A stretch of 34,324 nt of DNA from Myxococcales bacterium (GCA_027005175.1 JALTMC010000836.1:1-34324), one strand, 5' to 3'; positions 16,505 to 26,315 are shown, counted from the first letter of the stretch. Numbers and translations are program-made. The notes: generated by a model not told the origin, from the sequence alone.

Positions 16505-18460
16505 ATGAAGTGGCAAACGTTTGACAATACATCCTCCAAAGCTCTTTCTCAGGCCAGGGCACCCACACAGTCTTCTATGGAAGAAGTTACCGAAACATCG
16601 ATGGTTGCGAACCCACCCCCTATATCCGCTTCTGAAACATCGACAACCACACCGACTTCTTTTGCTTCACACAGTTCCTGTCCAAATTGCCAGTTTACAC
16701 TCCAGGCCAGACACCAAAGTCTGACCTTTTGTCCAGATTGTAGCTTCCCTATTCGTATCCTGGAAGGAAAGTACCGCCTGGACAAAGCCCTTGCTGAGGG
16801 AGGGTTTGGCGTTGTTTATATCGCTTCTCAAGCTCAGTCTTCAGCACCCTGTGTTGTGAAAGTCATTCGGCCAGAGGTGTTTGAGCTACCTGGCATGGAA
16901 GCACGCTTTCGTAGAGAGATCCGGGTAACCAAGCAGATCGCCCATGAGAACGAACATATCATCAATATCTTCGACCATGGAGAAGAGAAGGATATCGGCT
17001 GCTACTATGTGATGGAGTTACTTCAGGGTGAGAGCCTTGAAGAATATTTGTACAAGAATAAAGCGATGAGCTTTCAACAAGTCTTTCATATCTTTGCTCA
17101 GATGTGCGATGCCCTCTCTCTTGCTCATGCCAAAGGCATTATTCACCGAGATCTCAAACCAGACAACATCTTTTTGATCGAGAAAGAGGGTGACCCCTGC
17201 TTTGTAAAGATCCTTGATTTTGGTATTGCCAAACCCCTCGATGGAACAGTCAATGTTGGCCTGACAAAGGGGGCCTTGGGAACACCGGCATATATGTCAC
17301 CCGAACAATGCACCAACAGCACAATCAGTGCTGCCACTGACATCTATGCGCTGGGCATCATCTTGTATGAGTTGCTCACAAGAACTCTACCCTTTGAAGA
17401 TAGTGCGATGGCTTCTCTTTTGCTCAAACATCTCACAGAGGTACCTGAATCCCTGCTGGAGCGCCGACCGGACTTGCACTTTCCTAAAATGCTTGACCAG
17501 GCTCTGCAGATCGCTCTGGCGAAAAAACCTGAAGCTCGCTTTCACAGTGTTCAAGAGTTTTGGACAGCTCTGGCACCTTACTCACATCTGGAAGGCTTCG
17601 CGACTGTTCTTCCGAGGGATGCAGCAAAAGAAAAAGAGTTGGCTCCAACCAGACAGCCTTGCGAAGCAGACCGAGCCTTTGCCCCAACAGGAACCTTTCA
17701 TTCACCCGATGTCTCTCTCTCTGACTCTCTCAGCGCGACAGTGGTTGGAGAAAAAGTCAGTGGTCCACATCGTCCGGTAACAATCCAACGGACATCTTCT
17801 TCTCAACTTCCCTTGTTTGCTCTACTTGGTCTTCTGCTTTTGGCTCTCAGTGTAGGAGGAGTCTATACCTTCAAAGATAAGTTCTTTTCCAATTCCAAGA
17901 AGCCTCCTTACACCCGTCAAAACAGACCACACAAAGCCAAAGTGGTGCTTCTCTCTCACCGCAAGCCTTCCAAGCCTGAAAGAAAAATTGCCACAACTCC
18001 TCGGGTCGTACCCACTCTTCCCAAAGAGCAAGAGCCTGTGATCGACGATACAAAAGTGGAGCCCAGAAAGAGGATAAGACGTCGACTTCGACGACGAAAA
18101 CGTACCCAGAAAAAGAAGGCCCGAAGCAAGGTCATCCCCATGGGGATAGCAGGTCGAAAATGTGGAGTAAACCCACCCGGTAAGGTGAAAATTTGGGGGC
18201 AGTTTAAGCGTACAGGCATTAAGGTCAAATTCACCTTTTCAGGATGTGGTTCCTGCCGGGTGAGGAGGCGTAGAAGAGGCTACTGCCTAACGCTACCCAA
18301 GTCTCGCAAAAGCATCAGTGTTCGCATTAAAGCCTCAGGATTCCAATCCTGTGCTCATCGAATTTCTACAAGCTCACAATATGTCCGTTGGACATTCAAA
18401 GTGGAGGAGCCCGATGATCTCGTAGATGAAAATTACAATTGTTTGAGAGTTCTTCGCTAG
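16505..18460 (+). CDS. Membrane Ser/Thr protein kinase (zinc ribbon - kinase - TM - Arg-rich linker - 6-Cys domain)
   Basis: CPNC..CPDC; AEGGFGVVY, VVKV, HRDLKPDN, DFG, GTPAYMSPEQ, DIYALG; TM LFALLGLLLLALSVGGVY. Confidence 0.93.
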   Translation: MKWQTFDNTSSKALSQARAPTQSSMEEVTETSMVANPPPISASETSTTTPTSFASHSSCPNCQFTLQARHQSLTFCPDCSFPIRILEGKYRLDKALAEGGFGVVYIASQAQSSAPCVVKVIRPEVFELPGMEARFRREIRVTKQIAHENEHIINIFDHGEEKDIGCYYVMELLQGESLEEYLYKNKAMSFQQVFHIFAQMCDALSLAHAKGIIHRDLKPDNIFLIEKEGDPCFVKILDFGIAKPLDGTVNVGLTKGALGTPAYMSPEQCTNSTISAATDIYALGIILYELLTRTLPFEDSAMASLLLKHLTEVPESLLERRPDLHFPKMLDQALQIALAKKPEARFHSVQEFWTALAPYSHLEGFATVLPRDAAKEKELAPTRQPCEADRAFAPTGTFHSPDVSLSDSLSATVVGEKVSGPHRPVTIQRTSSSQLPLFALLGLLLLALSVGGVYTFKDKFFSNSKKPPYTRQNRPHKAKVVLLSHRKPSKPERKIATTPRVVPTLPKEQEPVIDDTKVEPRKRIRRRLRRRKRTQKKKARSKVIPMGIAGRKCGVNPPGKVKIWGQFKRTGIKVKFTFSGCGSCRVRRRRRGYCLTLPKSRKSISVRIKASGFQSCAHRISTSSQYVRWTFKVEEPDDLVDENYNCLRVLR

Positions 18461-18503
18461 CCCGCATGATTCCATTCCTAGCAGAACGTTCGTGAATCAT
18501 CTG
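18457..18503. repeat. Degenerate second copy of the small MITE-like element; its left end includes the kinase TAG stop
   Basis: CTAGCCCGCATGATTC identical to 8648-8663, plus shared TAGCAGA and GTGAATCAT. Confidence 0.75.
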
Positions 18504-18512
18504 GATTCGAAC

Positions 18513-20423
18513 CTACTTTACCCGATAAGTACAATTGTAGTTCTCATCGGCCAATGCATCGGGCTCCTCTACTTTCAGTAACCATCGTAAACTTCGGACA
18601 GAAGAGCGCAGTCGATAGATACAGGTTTGGTGCCCATCTGCTGACACTTGTACACGAGCCTGCTTGAGAGACTTCGGTATCCACAAACAATATTTACCGG
18701 ATTTTTGCTTCACACGACATCCAGAGCAGCCTACGATTCGGATACGTGCCCGACGCGGCTTTTGCATCCGAGTTACAACCCACCGATGTGTTGGTGAACC
18801 CGCTCCACAAGGTCCCTCATCACGAGTCGCAGCGTTATGTCGTGTTCGTACTTGCCGATGACTTCGTGTCTTGCGTCGAAGACTTGTCCGACGACGAATC
18901 CGGTGTCCTCGATATTTCCGCCGTGTTCGCACTCGCCGATGGCTTCGTGTTTTGCGTCGAAGACTTGTCCGACGACGAACCCGGTGTCCTCGATGTTTCC
19001 GCCGTGTTCGCACCACTGGTGGAGCTAGGCGGGTGGGCTCGACTTGGATGGACTCCATGGAGGAATCTGGAACAGAAAGTGGTAACCTCCGCAGAACAGG
19101 CTGCTTCTTTGCCAAAGCAACCAGGCGTGGTTTTTCCGTTCGTACCCGATTTTTGATGGGCTTACCACGCAAAGGCTTGGATGATAGGGAAACTTTGCCT
19201 CCTCCTCCAGATCTCAGTTGGTCTTGAAACAAAAAAGCAGTGACGCCAAGTACAACAATCATAAGAATTGTAACAACAAGCCAAAGGGAGCGGTTTCCCT
19301 GAGAGATCTCTGTCTGTTCACTTTGAGAAAGAATTCTTTCTCCTGTGGGCAATCCTTGAGAGTTTGAGGTTTGTTTGGAGTAGGGCAAGGTCCCTGTCCC
19401 TGTTTCGGGGGAGAATGCTCCAAACTGGTTGCGCTCTCTAGAGACCTTACCCAGCATGGGAAGCTGCAACCCTCCAGGATGGGTTCTAACGATCGCATTC
19501 CAAAAATCATCGAGAGTTGGGTAGCGTTGTGCTGAAGCTTTGGACATAGCACGCTGCAAGACTTCGGACAGCCCTACAAGATCAGGTCGCCATTGCGTGA
19601 GGGGGATCGTCTCTTGCATCAAATGGGCTGTCATCATTGTCAGCATGGTTTGGCTATCCAATTGCCCACCATCCATTCCATAAGGATTGCGAGCACTGAG
19701 CATCTCATACAGAATAATAGCCAGAGAGTACTGGTCAGAGCGAGCGTCAATCAAGCCGTTGTTGCACTGCTCTGGTGACATATAGATGGGAGTACCCAAG
19801 ACCCCTTTGGTCAGCTTTGTGGCTGAATCAGCCTCATCCCGAGCGATACCAAAATCAATCACTTTTACAAAGTTCTGCCCATCACGTTGTACCAAATAAA
19901 TGTTGTCGGGCTTTAAATCGCGATGCACAATTTTCTGTTGGTGTGCTGCACTCAATCCCTTACAAACTTGATAAAAGATATGCAGCGCTGTTTGTGCTGG
20001 CAAGCCCTCTTCTTGTGGCATGATATCAGTCAGAGGAGTTCCTCGCAGAAACTCCATAACATAGTAGTGACCGAGGCCTTTCTCTTCACCAAAGTCATCA
20101 TAGATTCGTACGATATGTTCATTGCGCTGTGAAAGTGCTGCTGTTACCTGTACTTCTCGCCGAAATCGTTTCTCCATTCCTGAAGTTTTAAAAACCTCAG
20201 GTTTGATCACTTTAACCACACGTTCTGTGTCGTAATCTAGGTGTATATGCTGAGCCAGATAAACCTGCCCCATACCACCCTGTGCTAACTCGCGCTCCAA
20301 CTTGTATTTGCCTGCAACCAGCATCAAAGGAAATCGACATTGGGGACAAAGTCGAAAACTATCCGTATTTTTATAGCTACACTTGGGACAAACTTCAATT
20401 GCTACAGACATAAAAACGCTCAA
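18513..20423 (-). CDS. Membrane Ser/Thr protein kinase, paralogue of 16505-18460
   Basis: CPKC..CPQC; AQGGMGQVY, VVKVIKPEVF...GMEKRFRREV, HRDLKPDN, DFG, GTPIYMSPEQ; TM; ends KVEEPDALADENYNC like its partner. Alternative start is ATG 20411. Confidence 0.93.
   Translation of the reverse strand: MSVFMSVAIEVCPKCSYKNTDSFRLCPQCRFPLMLVAGKYKLERELAQGGMGQVYLAQHIHLDYDTERVVKVIKPEVFKTSGMEKRFRREVQVTAALSQRNEHIVRIYDDFGEEKGLGHYYVMEFLRGTPLTDIMPQEEGLPAQTALHIFYQVCKGLSAAHQQKIVHRDLKPDNIYLVQRDGQNFVKVIDFGIARDEADSATKLTKGVLGTPIYMSPEQCNNGLIDARSDQYSLAIILYEMLSARNPYGMDGGQLDSQTMLTMMTAHLMQETIPLTQWRPDLVGLSEVLQRAMSKASAQRYPTLDDFWNAIVRTHPGGLQLPMLGKVSRERNQFGAFSPETGTGTLPYSKQTSNSQGLPTGERILSQSEQTEISQGNRSLWLVVTILMIVVLGVTAFLFQDQLRSGGGGKVSLSSKPLRGKPIKNRVRTEKPRLVALAKKQPVLRRLPLSVPDSSMESIQVEPTRLAPPVVRTRRKHRGHRVRRRTSLRRKTRSHRRVRTRRKYRGHRIRRRTSLRRKTRSHRQVRTRHNAATRDEGPCGAGSPTHRWVVTRMQKPRRARIRIVGCSGCRVKQKSGKYCLWIPKSLKQARVQVSADGHQTCIYRLRSSVRSLRWLLKVEEPDALADENYNCTYRVK
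18841..19013. repeat. Intragenic 81-bp tandem repeat (about 2.1 copies) encoding an Arg/His-rich 27-mer
   Basis: CGTGTTCG recurs at 18841, 18922 and 19003; peptide VRTRRKHRGHRVRRRTSLRRKTRSHRR. Confidence 0.95.
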
Positions 20424-20560
20424 ACCCCATTCGAAGTAAAAGGAAACAAAAAAACAAGATTGAGCACAGGCTATCCCAATTCCCTCAATCTGTCAACGAT
20501 GATACGAAGAAAAGTCTGTGCATTCAGGTGATTAGATTAGTGTTGTCTTCTCTGTTCCGA

Positions 20561-20589
20561 TTGACAGTCTACCTTATCCCTGTTATCTT
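20561..20589 (+). promoter_or_regulatory. Putative sigma70 promoter with extended -10
   Basis: TTGACA (20561-20566), 17-nt spacer ending TGT, TATCTT (20584-20589), upstream of ATG 20646. Confidence 0.6.
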
Positions 20590-20645
20590 GCCAAAGCCCA
20601 AATCAAATTTTGATGGTCCAGCAAAAGTGGATGGGATGTTGTTAA

Positions 20646-22007
20646 ATGAGAAAGAAGCTGTTGAAGAAATGTAGCAACAATCTGCTCATTTTCTTTCTGG
20701 TGTCGTTGCTCTGTCTGGCCTATTTCCATGCCTGCTCCACATCACTCCCATCTGTTAAAGATGGAGGGGAGCTTTCTATTTTGGGAGATGGGATCACCAG
20801 CGAAAAAGTAGAGTCCAAGAAAGAGCACTCTTCTCAGGAACGCATATTGCGTGAGAGAGGAACCTCAGAGTACCTCAACGATGCTGGACTCAAGGACAAC
20901 AGACAAAACGACGCCATTTCTGAGAAACCTGACACAGCGAGAGAGTCTACCTCATCTCCAGAGCGTTGGGTTGATTCAGAGCCTTCCACCCCGGAGAGAA
21001 AGGTCCCTGAACCTATACAGGAAACATCCCCTGACACCTCGCAGATCCCCTCTTGTAGTGGAGCCCACTGTCCCATTGTCATTGGCTCCTTTCCTTACAA
21101 GGACAACCGAGATACCAAACGAGCCACGCGAAAGCGCTTTTCTCGTTACAACTGCGCTCCCAACACCGACGAAAGTGGTGGAGAATACCTCTATGTCTTT
21201 GAGGTAAAAAAACCAGGTTCATTGTTGGCAATGCTGACCAACGCCAAGGGTGTCGACATCGACATCCATCTTCTTTCAAGCCCCAGCGCAAGTGCCTGTC
21301 TGGTCCGTAATGACAAGGGCCTGAGCCGTCATATATCACCAGGTGTTTACTATATTGCCGCAGATACTTTTGTCTCGAAAGGAACACCGAAGCCCGGTGC
21401 CTACAGCATCTATGTCCACTTCTTTCCCGACAACAGCCGTTGTGGCATGAAAAGTGATGCTATTCCTCGCATCAACACCACAAAGTTACTATCGATGCCT
21501 GCCACGGGGCCTGTTGTAAAGGAAGCACATCTACTTACCGCTGAAGAGCACACAGCAAATCTTCAAAGCGGCAAGAAACACTTTCCTACAGGTTGGCCCA
21601 AGTCGATTCGCGATCGAATCTCTGAGCACTACGCTCTCTCAGAGAAAGTCTCTGGGTATACGATGACCCGCACAGAGCCCTGGGCCCCCTGCTGTGAACC
21701 AACCAACCACTACGGTCAGGGCAGCCGCAGCAAACCTCCAGCAATTGCCGAGACCTGGTATATCAACATGCGCTGGAAGAAAGCCCCAAAGGCTGGAACC
21801 CGCTACATTGTCTTCAACCCAGTGACAGGCAAGGGTGTGGTCGCCGCCGCTGGTTACGAAAATGGACCGGGGAACCTGTCCCGTATTGGCGGTGCATCCG
21901 AAGAGATCCATCATCATCTTGGCACAGGGCACCTCTCTCTTATGACCTTTGGGGTTGCCCGAAAACAGTCCCACAAGTACGGTCCAATTGACTGCTACGC
22001 ACCTTAA
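20646..22007 (+). CDS. Probable lipoprotein with a PPC-like beta domain and a divergent RlpA/DPBB-like C-terminal domain
   Basis: Hydrophobic leader with FHAC; Ser/Glu/Pro linker; DIDIHLL...PGVYYIAADTF..GAYSI (PPC-like); GTRYIVFNPVTGKGVV..YENGP resembles RlpA GT.V.V.N..NGKSV.V..NDRGP. Confidence 0.6.
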   Translation: MRKKLLKKCSNNLLIFFLVSLLCLAYFHACSTSLPSVKDGGELSILGDGITSEKVESKKEHSSQERILRERGTSEYLNDAGLKDNRQNDAISEKPDTARESTSSPERWVDSEPSTPERKVPEPIQETSPDTSQIPSCSGAHCPIVIGSFPYKDNRDTKRATRKRFSRYNCAPNTDESGGEYLYVFEVKKPGSLLAMLTNAKGVDIDIHLLSSPSASACLVRNDKGLSRHISPGVYYIAADTFVSKGTPKPGAYSIYVHFFPDNSRCGMKSDAIPRINTTKLLSMPATGPVVKEAHLLTAEEHTANLQSGKKHFPTGWPKSIRDRISEHYALSEKVSGYTMTRTEPWAPCCEPTNHYGQGSRSKPPAIAETWYINMRWKKAPKAGTRYIVFNPVTGKGVVAAAGYENGPGNLSRIGGASEEIHHHLGTGHLSLMTFGVARKQSHKYGPIDCYAP

Positions 22008-22106
22008 ATCCCAGAGGCTTGTTGCGATTTCTGCTATGCTACGTCATCATGGGAGCAGGTAGTTTCCCGAGTTCATAGACTTTCTGATGATGGCTGACGA
22101 GTTCTA

Positions 22107-23984
22107 ATGACGACTGATTATACTTCCACCATAACATGTTCGTATTGCCGAGAAGATGTCCCAATACAGACGCATTGCACGATGTGCGGAGCCCCTTTGG
22201 ATACGCACGTCGAAGATCCACTGGGTCATCGTGTGGGCAATTATATCCTGGAGCGTCTGTTGGCAGAGGGTGCTAACGGACGTTTGTATTGCGCTAAACA
22301 TATCGCCACAGAGCAGTTGGTGGCATTGAAGTTACTGCATTCCAAGCTCGTGAATCATTCCAAGTCCATTCGTCGGTTGCGGCGTGAGGCGGAGATCGGT
22401 ATCCGTTTGCAGCATCCGAATGCTGTCAAACTCTTTGAGTTTGGTGTTGATCCTGATTTTGGGCTCTTTTTGGTGATGGAGTTGATCGTGGGGCAGACCC
22501 TATTTCAGCTTCTGGCAAAAGAGCAGTGTTTGGAGCCTCAGCGAGCCCTCTCCATCGCTCTACAGACCTGTGAAGTTCTGGACAAAGCGCATTATCTGGA
22601 GATTGTACACCGCGACCTAAAACCCAGCAATATTATGCTGAAGTGGCACCCCACAACCAAGGACTTCGTCAAAGTTTGTGACTTTGGCATGGCCAAGTTG
22701 GAAACCTATGACAACATGGAGACCAAGCTCACTGTGCCAGGTACGGTTCATGGAACACCAGGTTATATGGCACCTGAGCAATGCAAAGGAGAAGAGACTG
22801 ACACCCGCACCGACATCTATGCCATGGGTGTTATCTTATACCAGATGCTCACTGGACATCTGCCTTTTCATGGAAACAATGTGATCCAGTTGCTTCAACA
22901 ACAGTTGTTTCACAAACCTCCCGCGTTGCAACAAATGGCTCCCCATCTTCAGCAGTTTGAATCTATTCATTTGCTTGAGCAAGTTGTATCTCGATGCTTG
23001 GACAACTCTCCCGACGCACGTTACCCCAACGTTGAAGCACTGCGCCAAGAGTTGGTGTTGACTTTGCCTTCGTATACACCTCTTGAGATCTTGCTGGAGG
23101 ATCACTCTATCGTCGAACAGGGTTCGTTAACTCCAACACCTCCAGCATACTTTCCCAGACAAATGATCTCGCTCAACATGGAGCAACAACAAGAAGCCCA
23201 AAAACGAACAGTGGGGGCTCCACAACAGACCTTTTTGCCGGATCAGACACTGTTTCAGGAGGGGCAAAGTCCCACCCGCTTTTATCTTATTCTGGAGGGC
23301 GAGGTTCGAATGGTGCGACATCATGAACAGTATATTGTCGAGCTTGATCGCCTCGGACCCGATCAGTTTTTGGGTCTCAGCGCTTATTTTTCTCACTCCC
23401 CTTATACCATCTCTGCTGTGGCTGCAGAGCGCACCAGGCTTCGTTTGATGGATTCGAACTTTTTAAACCGATTGTTTGCTCAAGAACCTCACGATCAATC
23501 TTTATTTCATGCTTTGTATCACGAAGAAACTCTTCAACTCTTGCTGCGCTATTCTCCTTTCTTTGCATCTCTTCCACCCGATAGTCGGTATGAATTGATT
23601 CAGAAAGGAGAGCTTCATTCGTTCGGCCCCAAACAAGTTGTGGTCAACATGAACCAAAAGCTCGACTCTCTGTACTTGATTGCCTCAGGTAGCATCACCC
23701 AAAAAACAAAGCTAGCCGAGCAAAGCTCAGCATTCAGTAAGCTGACCTACAACATGGGAGAAACATTTGGTGAAACTCAAATTCTTTCTCAACAGCCGGC
23801 TGATGCAACCTATGTTACCCAAACCAACACTGTGCTTCTTGGCATCCCTCTCGCAGTCTTGAACTTCTATATGCAGCACTTTCCCTATCTTCGTCACTCT
23901 CTTGAGCAGCTCGCTCAGACTCGACTTGCGGAGCGACTTCAGTTACAAGCAGACCTTCAAGTTACATCGATCGATCAGTCTTAA
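22107..23984 (+). CDS. Cytoplasmic Ser/Thr kinase with N-terminal zinc ribbon and two C-terminal cNMP-binding-like domains
   Basis: CSYC..CTMC; VALK, HRDLKPSN, DFG, GTPGYMAPEQ; LFQEGQ...FYLILEGEV and LYLIASG...GETFGE; no TM. Confidence 0.9.
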   Translation: MTTDYTSTITCSYCREDVPIQTHCTMCGAPLDTHVEDPLGHRVGNYILERLLAEGANGRLYCAKHIATEQLVALKLLHSKLVNHSKSIRRLRREAEIGIRLQHPNAVKLFEFGVDPDFGLFLVMELIVGQTLFQLLAKEQCLEPQRALSIALQTCEVLDKAHYLEIVHRDLKPSNIMLKWHPTTKDFVKVCDFGMAKLETYDNMETKLTVPGTVHGTPGYMAPEQCKGEETDTRTDIYAMGVILYQMLTGHLPFHGNNVIQLLQQQLFHKPPALQQMAPHLQQFESIHLLEQVVSRCLDNSPDARYPNVEALRQELVLTLPSYTPLEILLEDHSIVEQGSLTPTPPAYFPRQMISLNMEQQQEAQKRTVGAPQQTFLPDQTLFQEGQSPTRFYLILEGEVRMVRHHEQYIVELDRLGPDQFLGLSAYFSHSPYTISAVAAERTRLRLMDSNFLNRLFAQEPHDQSLFHALYHEETLQLLLRYSPFFASLPPDSRYELIQKGELHSFGPKQVVVNMNQKLDSLYLIASGSITQKTKLAEQSSAFSKLTYNMGETFGETQILSQQPADATYVTQTNTVLLGIPLAVLNFYMQHFPYLRHSLEQLAQTRLAERLQLQADLQVTSIDQS

Positions 23985-25129
23985 TGGACAACTCCCACCC
24001 TAGGAATAAGATGGTCAAGCCACGTAATACTTCAGTGACCTCTGGAAAAAAAGTAAGCACCCTACCCATACCGGATCTCGCTTATGAAGAGATTCGACAT
24101 GCGTTGCTCGAATGGTTTCAACACCATCAGCGGGATCTGCCCTGGCGTCAAACAAAGGATCCCTATGCGATCTGGCTCTCGGAAATCATGTTGCAACAAA
24201 CTCGTGTGACAACAGTCATACCTTATTACAAACGTTTTCTTGAAAGATTTCCCACGGTGGAATCCTTGGCAGAGGCAGCTCTTGATGATGTCCTGGCGTT
24301 GTGGTCTGGACTCGGTTATTACCGGCGGGCCCGTCATCTTCACGCAGCAGCCCAGGATATCGTAGAGCGATTTGAGGGCCAACTGCCTGCAGACCACAAA
24401 GCCTTACTCTCCATTAAAGGCATCGGTCGGTACACAGCAGGTGCGATTGCCAGTATCGCTTTTGATCTGCCTTTTCCTGCCGTCGATGGCAATGTTTTTC
24501 GTATCTTTGCCCGACTTTGTTGTCTGAAATATCCGATCAACTCTACGGCCCTACACAAGATCGTAGAAGCTATGGCCAATGTGTTGGCAAAAGGGGAGAG
24601 ACCCGGAGAGCTGACTCAGGGACTGATGGAGCTTGGAGCCCTGATCTGTACTCCCAAGAGCCCAACCTGCTTGCTCTGCCCCATACGAGAGCACTGTTCT
24701 TCCTTAGAGACAGGTCAAGTCGATCTGTATCCCGTACCCAAACGCAAAACCAAGGTACAAGATATCACCGTACAATGGGCCTTGTTGCGTCGTTCGGGCA
24801 GAGTTCTGTTCATACAGCGTCCGGAAGATGGCTTATTTGCGGGGCTTTGGGAGCTTCCTGGTCTATACCTCTCTCACCCCGGACCTGACGAGCCAACGCT
24901 ATTGTTGGAACAATTAGAAGAGTGGGGACTCCAGCTTCAACTCAGCGAGACCGTCACCCCTTACCAACATACTTTGAGCCACCGTCAACTCCATATCCAA
25001 CTTTATCACGGTACACAACTACGTGGACGACTCAACTTACCACGCCACTCCTTTCGCTGGATCTCACTCAAAACACTCGATGAGCTTCCAATCTCTTCCA
25101 TCACACGACGTGTGTTAAAAGCACTTTAG
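23984..25129 (+). CDS. mutY: A/G-specific adenine glycosylase MutY
   Basis: RDLPWR, PYAIWLSEIMLQQT, WSGLGYYRRAR, HhH GIGRYTAGAI, VDGNV, C-x6-C-x2-C-x5-C [4Fe-4S], C-terminal GLWELP NUDIX-like domain. Alternative start ATG 24011. Confidence 0.97.
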   Translation: MDNSHPRNKMVKPRNTSVTSGKKVSTLPIPDLAYEEIRHALLEWFQHHQRDLPWRQTKDPYAIWLSEIMLQQTRVTTVIPYYKRFLERFPTVESLAEAALDDVLALWSGLGYYRRARHLHAAAQDIVERFEGQLPADHKALLSIKGIGRYTAGAIASIAFDLPFPAVDGNVFRIFARLCCLKYPINSTALHKIVEAMANVLAKGERPGELTQGLMELGALICTPKSPTCLLCPIREHCSSLETGQVDLYPVPKRKTKVQDITVQWALLRRSGRVLFIQRPEDGLFAGLWELPGLYLSHPGPDEPTLLLEQLEEWGLQLQLSETVTPYQHTLSHRQLHIQLYHGTQLRGRLNLPRHSFRWISLKTLDELPISSITRRVLKAL

Positions 25130-25349
25130 AGAGTTAGCCCATCAGCAGAGTTGGACGCAAGCACCGGCGACTTCGAGTCGATATTCAACCTGTGGCGTTG
25201 TCTCAGCAGAGACTCTTCTCTTTCAGGGTAGAGCACGAAGTTTCGACAACTTCGAGATATCCAACCCTCCCTCTTGCCTTAAGGTTTGCTATTCCCTACC
25301 TTTTCTGTGTATATTGTGTGGTGTCCTCCCACTTTCTTGAGGTTGTTCG

Positions 25350-26315
25350 ATGAATGCTTTTCCGACCTTCTCTCTTCCGCTTTTACGAAGCGTGAAGCCT
25401 TGCTTTCATGTCTTTTTGTTCGTTCTTTTGTGGAGTCTGGGTCACTCCTCTGCCGAAGCTCATCGAAACTCTCGACAACCATACAATCGTCACTTCAATC
25501 ACGGACAAATACGGTTGGTTGAACCCAAGATCGAAAAAAAGAAACTGGTCTTATGGTGGATGGCTCCTTCGGGTGTGCGCTTGCGATACGTTCCAAAGAC
25601 AAGTCATTCAGGTTGGATCGCCCGTATCACCCATGCCATCCGTGATCAGGTTCGCTATCTGGCTGTGGGTGGAGTTTTTTTTCAAAGCAGCAACAAAGGA
25701 GGCTGGGTCGATCCTACACTGGTGCGTCGGGTCAAGCGTGTCTATCGCGGTGTACGGCCTGTCAAAATAGATGGACGAATGCCCATATACATCGCAACGG
25801 TCATCCCCAGACATAAAACAGACAGACTCTTTGTGTACAAACTTTGGGGCCGTGTTCACCTTAATCTCGAACACCATCTGAACAAGGTAGTCTGTTTGTA
25901 CGGCGTTTGGTTTGATTTTCAAGGTCGCAATCTCGGCTTGGTTAACCAGACATTGGGTGTCAAAGGCAAACCTCTTCATCACTTTGCAAAACGATATCGG
26001 TTTCCAAAGATGTGGCGTCATATCTGGTTTCGTCGCAAAAAACTTTTGCGCTACCAATCGTTGTGGGAGCAAGGAAAGCAACCCAAGTTTCCTGTCAAGT
26101 ATGTCCCTACTCTGTCACAAGCCTCGCAGATCCTGTATCGTCAACAATGCAAGCAAAGAGTGACGACAATAGAGGCCAAGGCCACAACACCTATCGATTG
26201 GCTTTACCACTCTCCCCTTGCTGTCCCTGCTTTTCTGCCCTTTAATCTCCCCTCTTATCTGTACTCTCTACCTGGACCGCCAAAAGCTTCTCCTGTCTTA
26301 CATTCCAGTATGTAG
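25350..26315 (+). CDS. Hypothetical exported, very basic protein
   Basis: 321-aa ORF on the operon strand with a hydrophobic leader ending AEA; no recognised family. Confidence 0.6.
   Translation: MNAFPTFSLPLLRSVKPCFHVFLFVLLWSLGHSSAEAHRNSRQPYNRHFNHGQIRLVEPKIEKKKLVLWWMAPSGVRLRYVPKTSHSGWIARITHAIRDQVRYLAVGGVFFQSSNKGGWVDPTLVRRVKRVYRGVRPVKIDGRMPIYIATVIPRHKTDRLFVYKLWGRVHLNLEHHLNKVVCLYGVWFDFQGRNLGLVNQTLGVKGKPLHHFAKRYRFPKMWRHIWFRRKKLLRYQSLWEQGKQPKFPVKYVPTLSQASQILYRQQCKQRVTTIEAKATTPIDWLYHSPLAVPAFLPFNLPSYLYSLPGPPKASPVLHSSM

Noticed and set aside
25130-25270. Degenerate repeat after mutY (TCAGCAGAG, ACTTCGAG twice each)
   Set aside because: Matches are short and the periods disagree (61 vs 79), so no unit can be defined.
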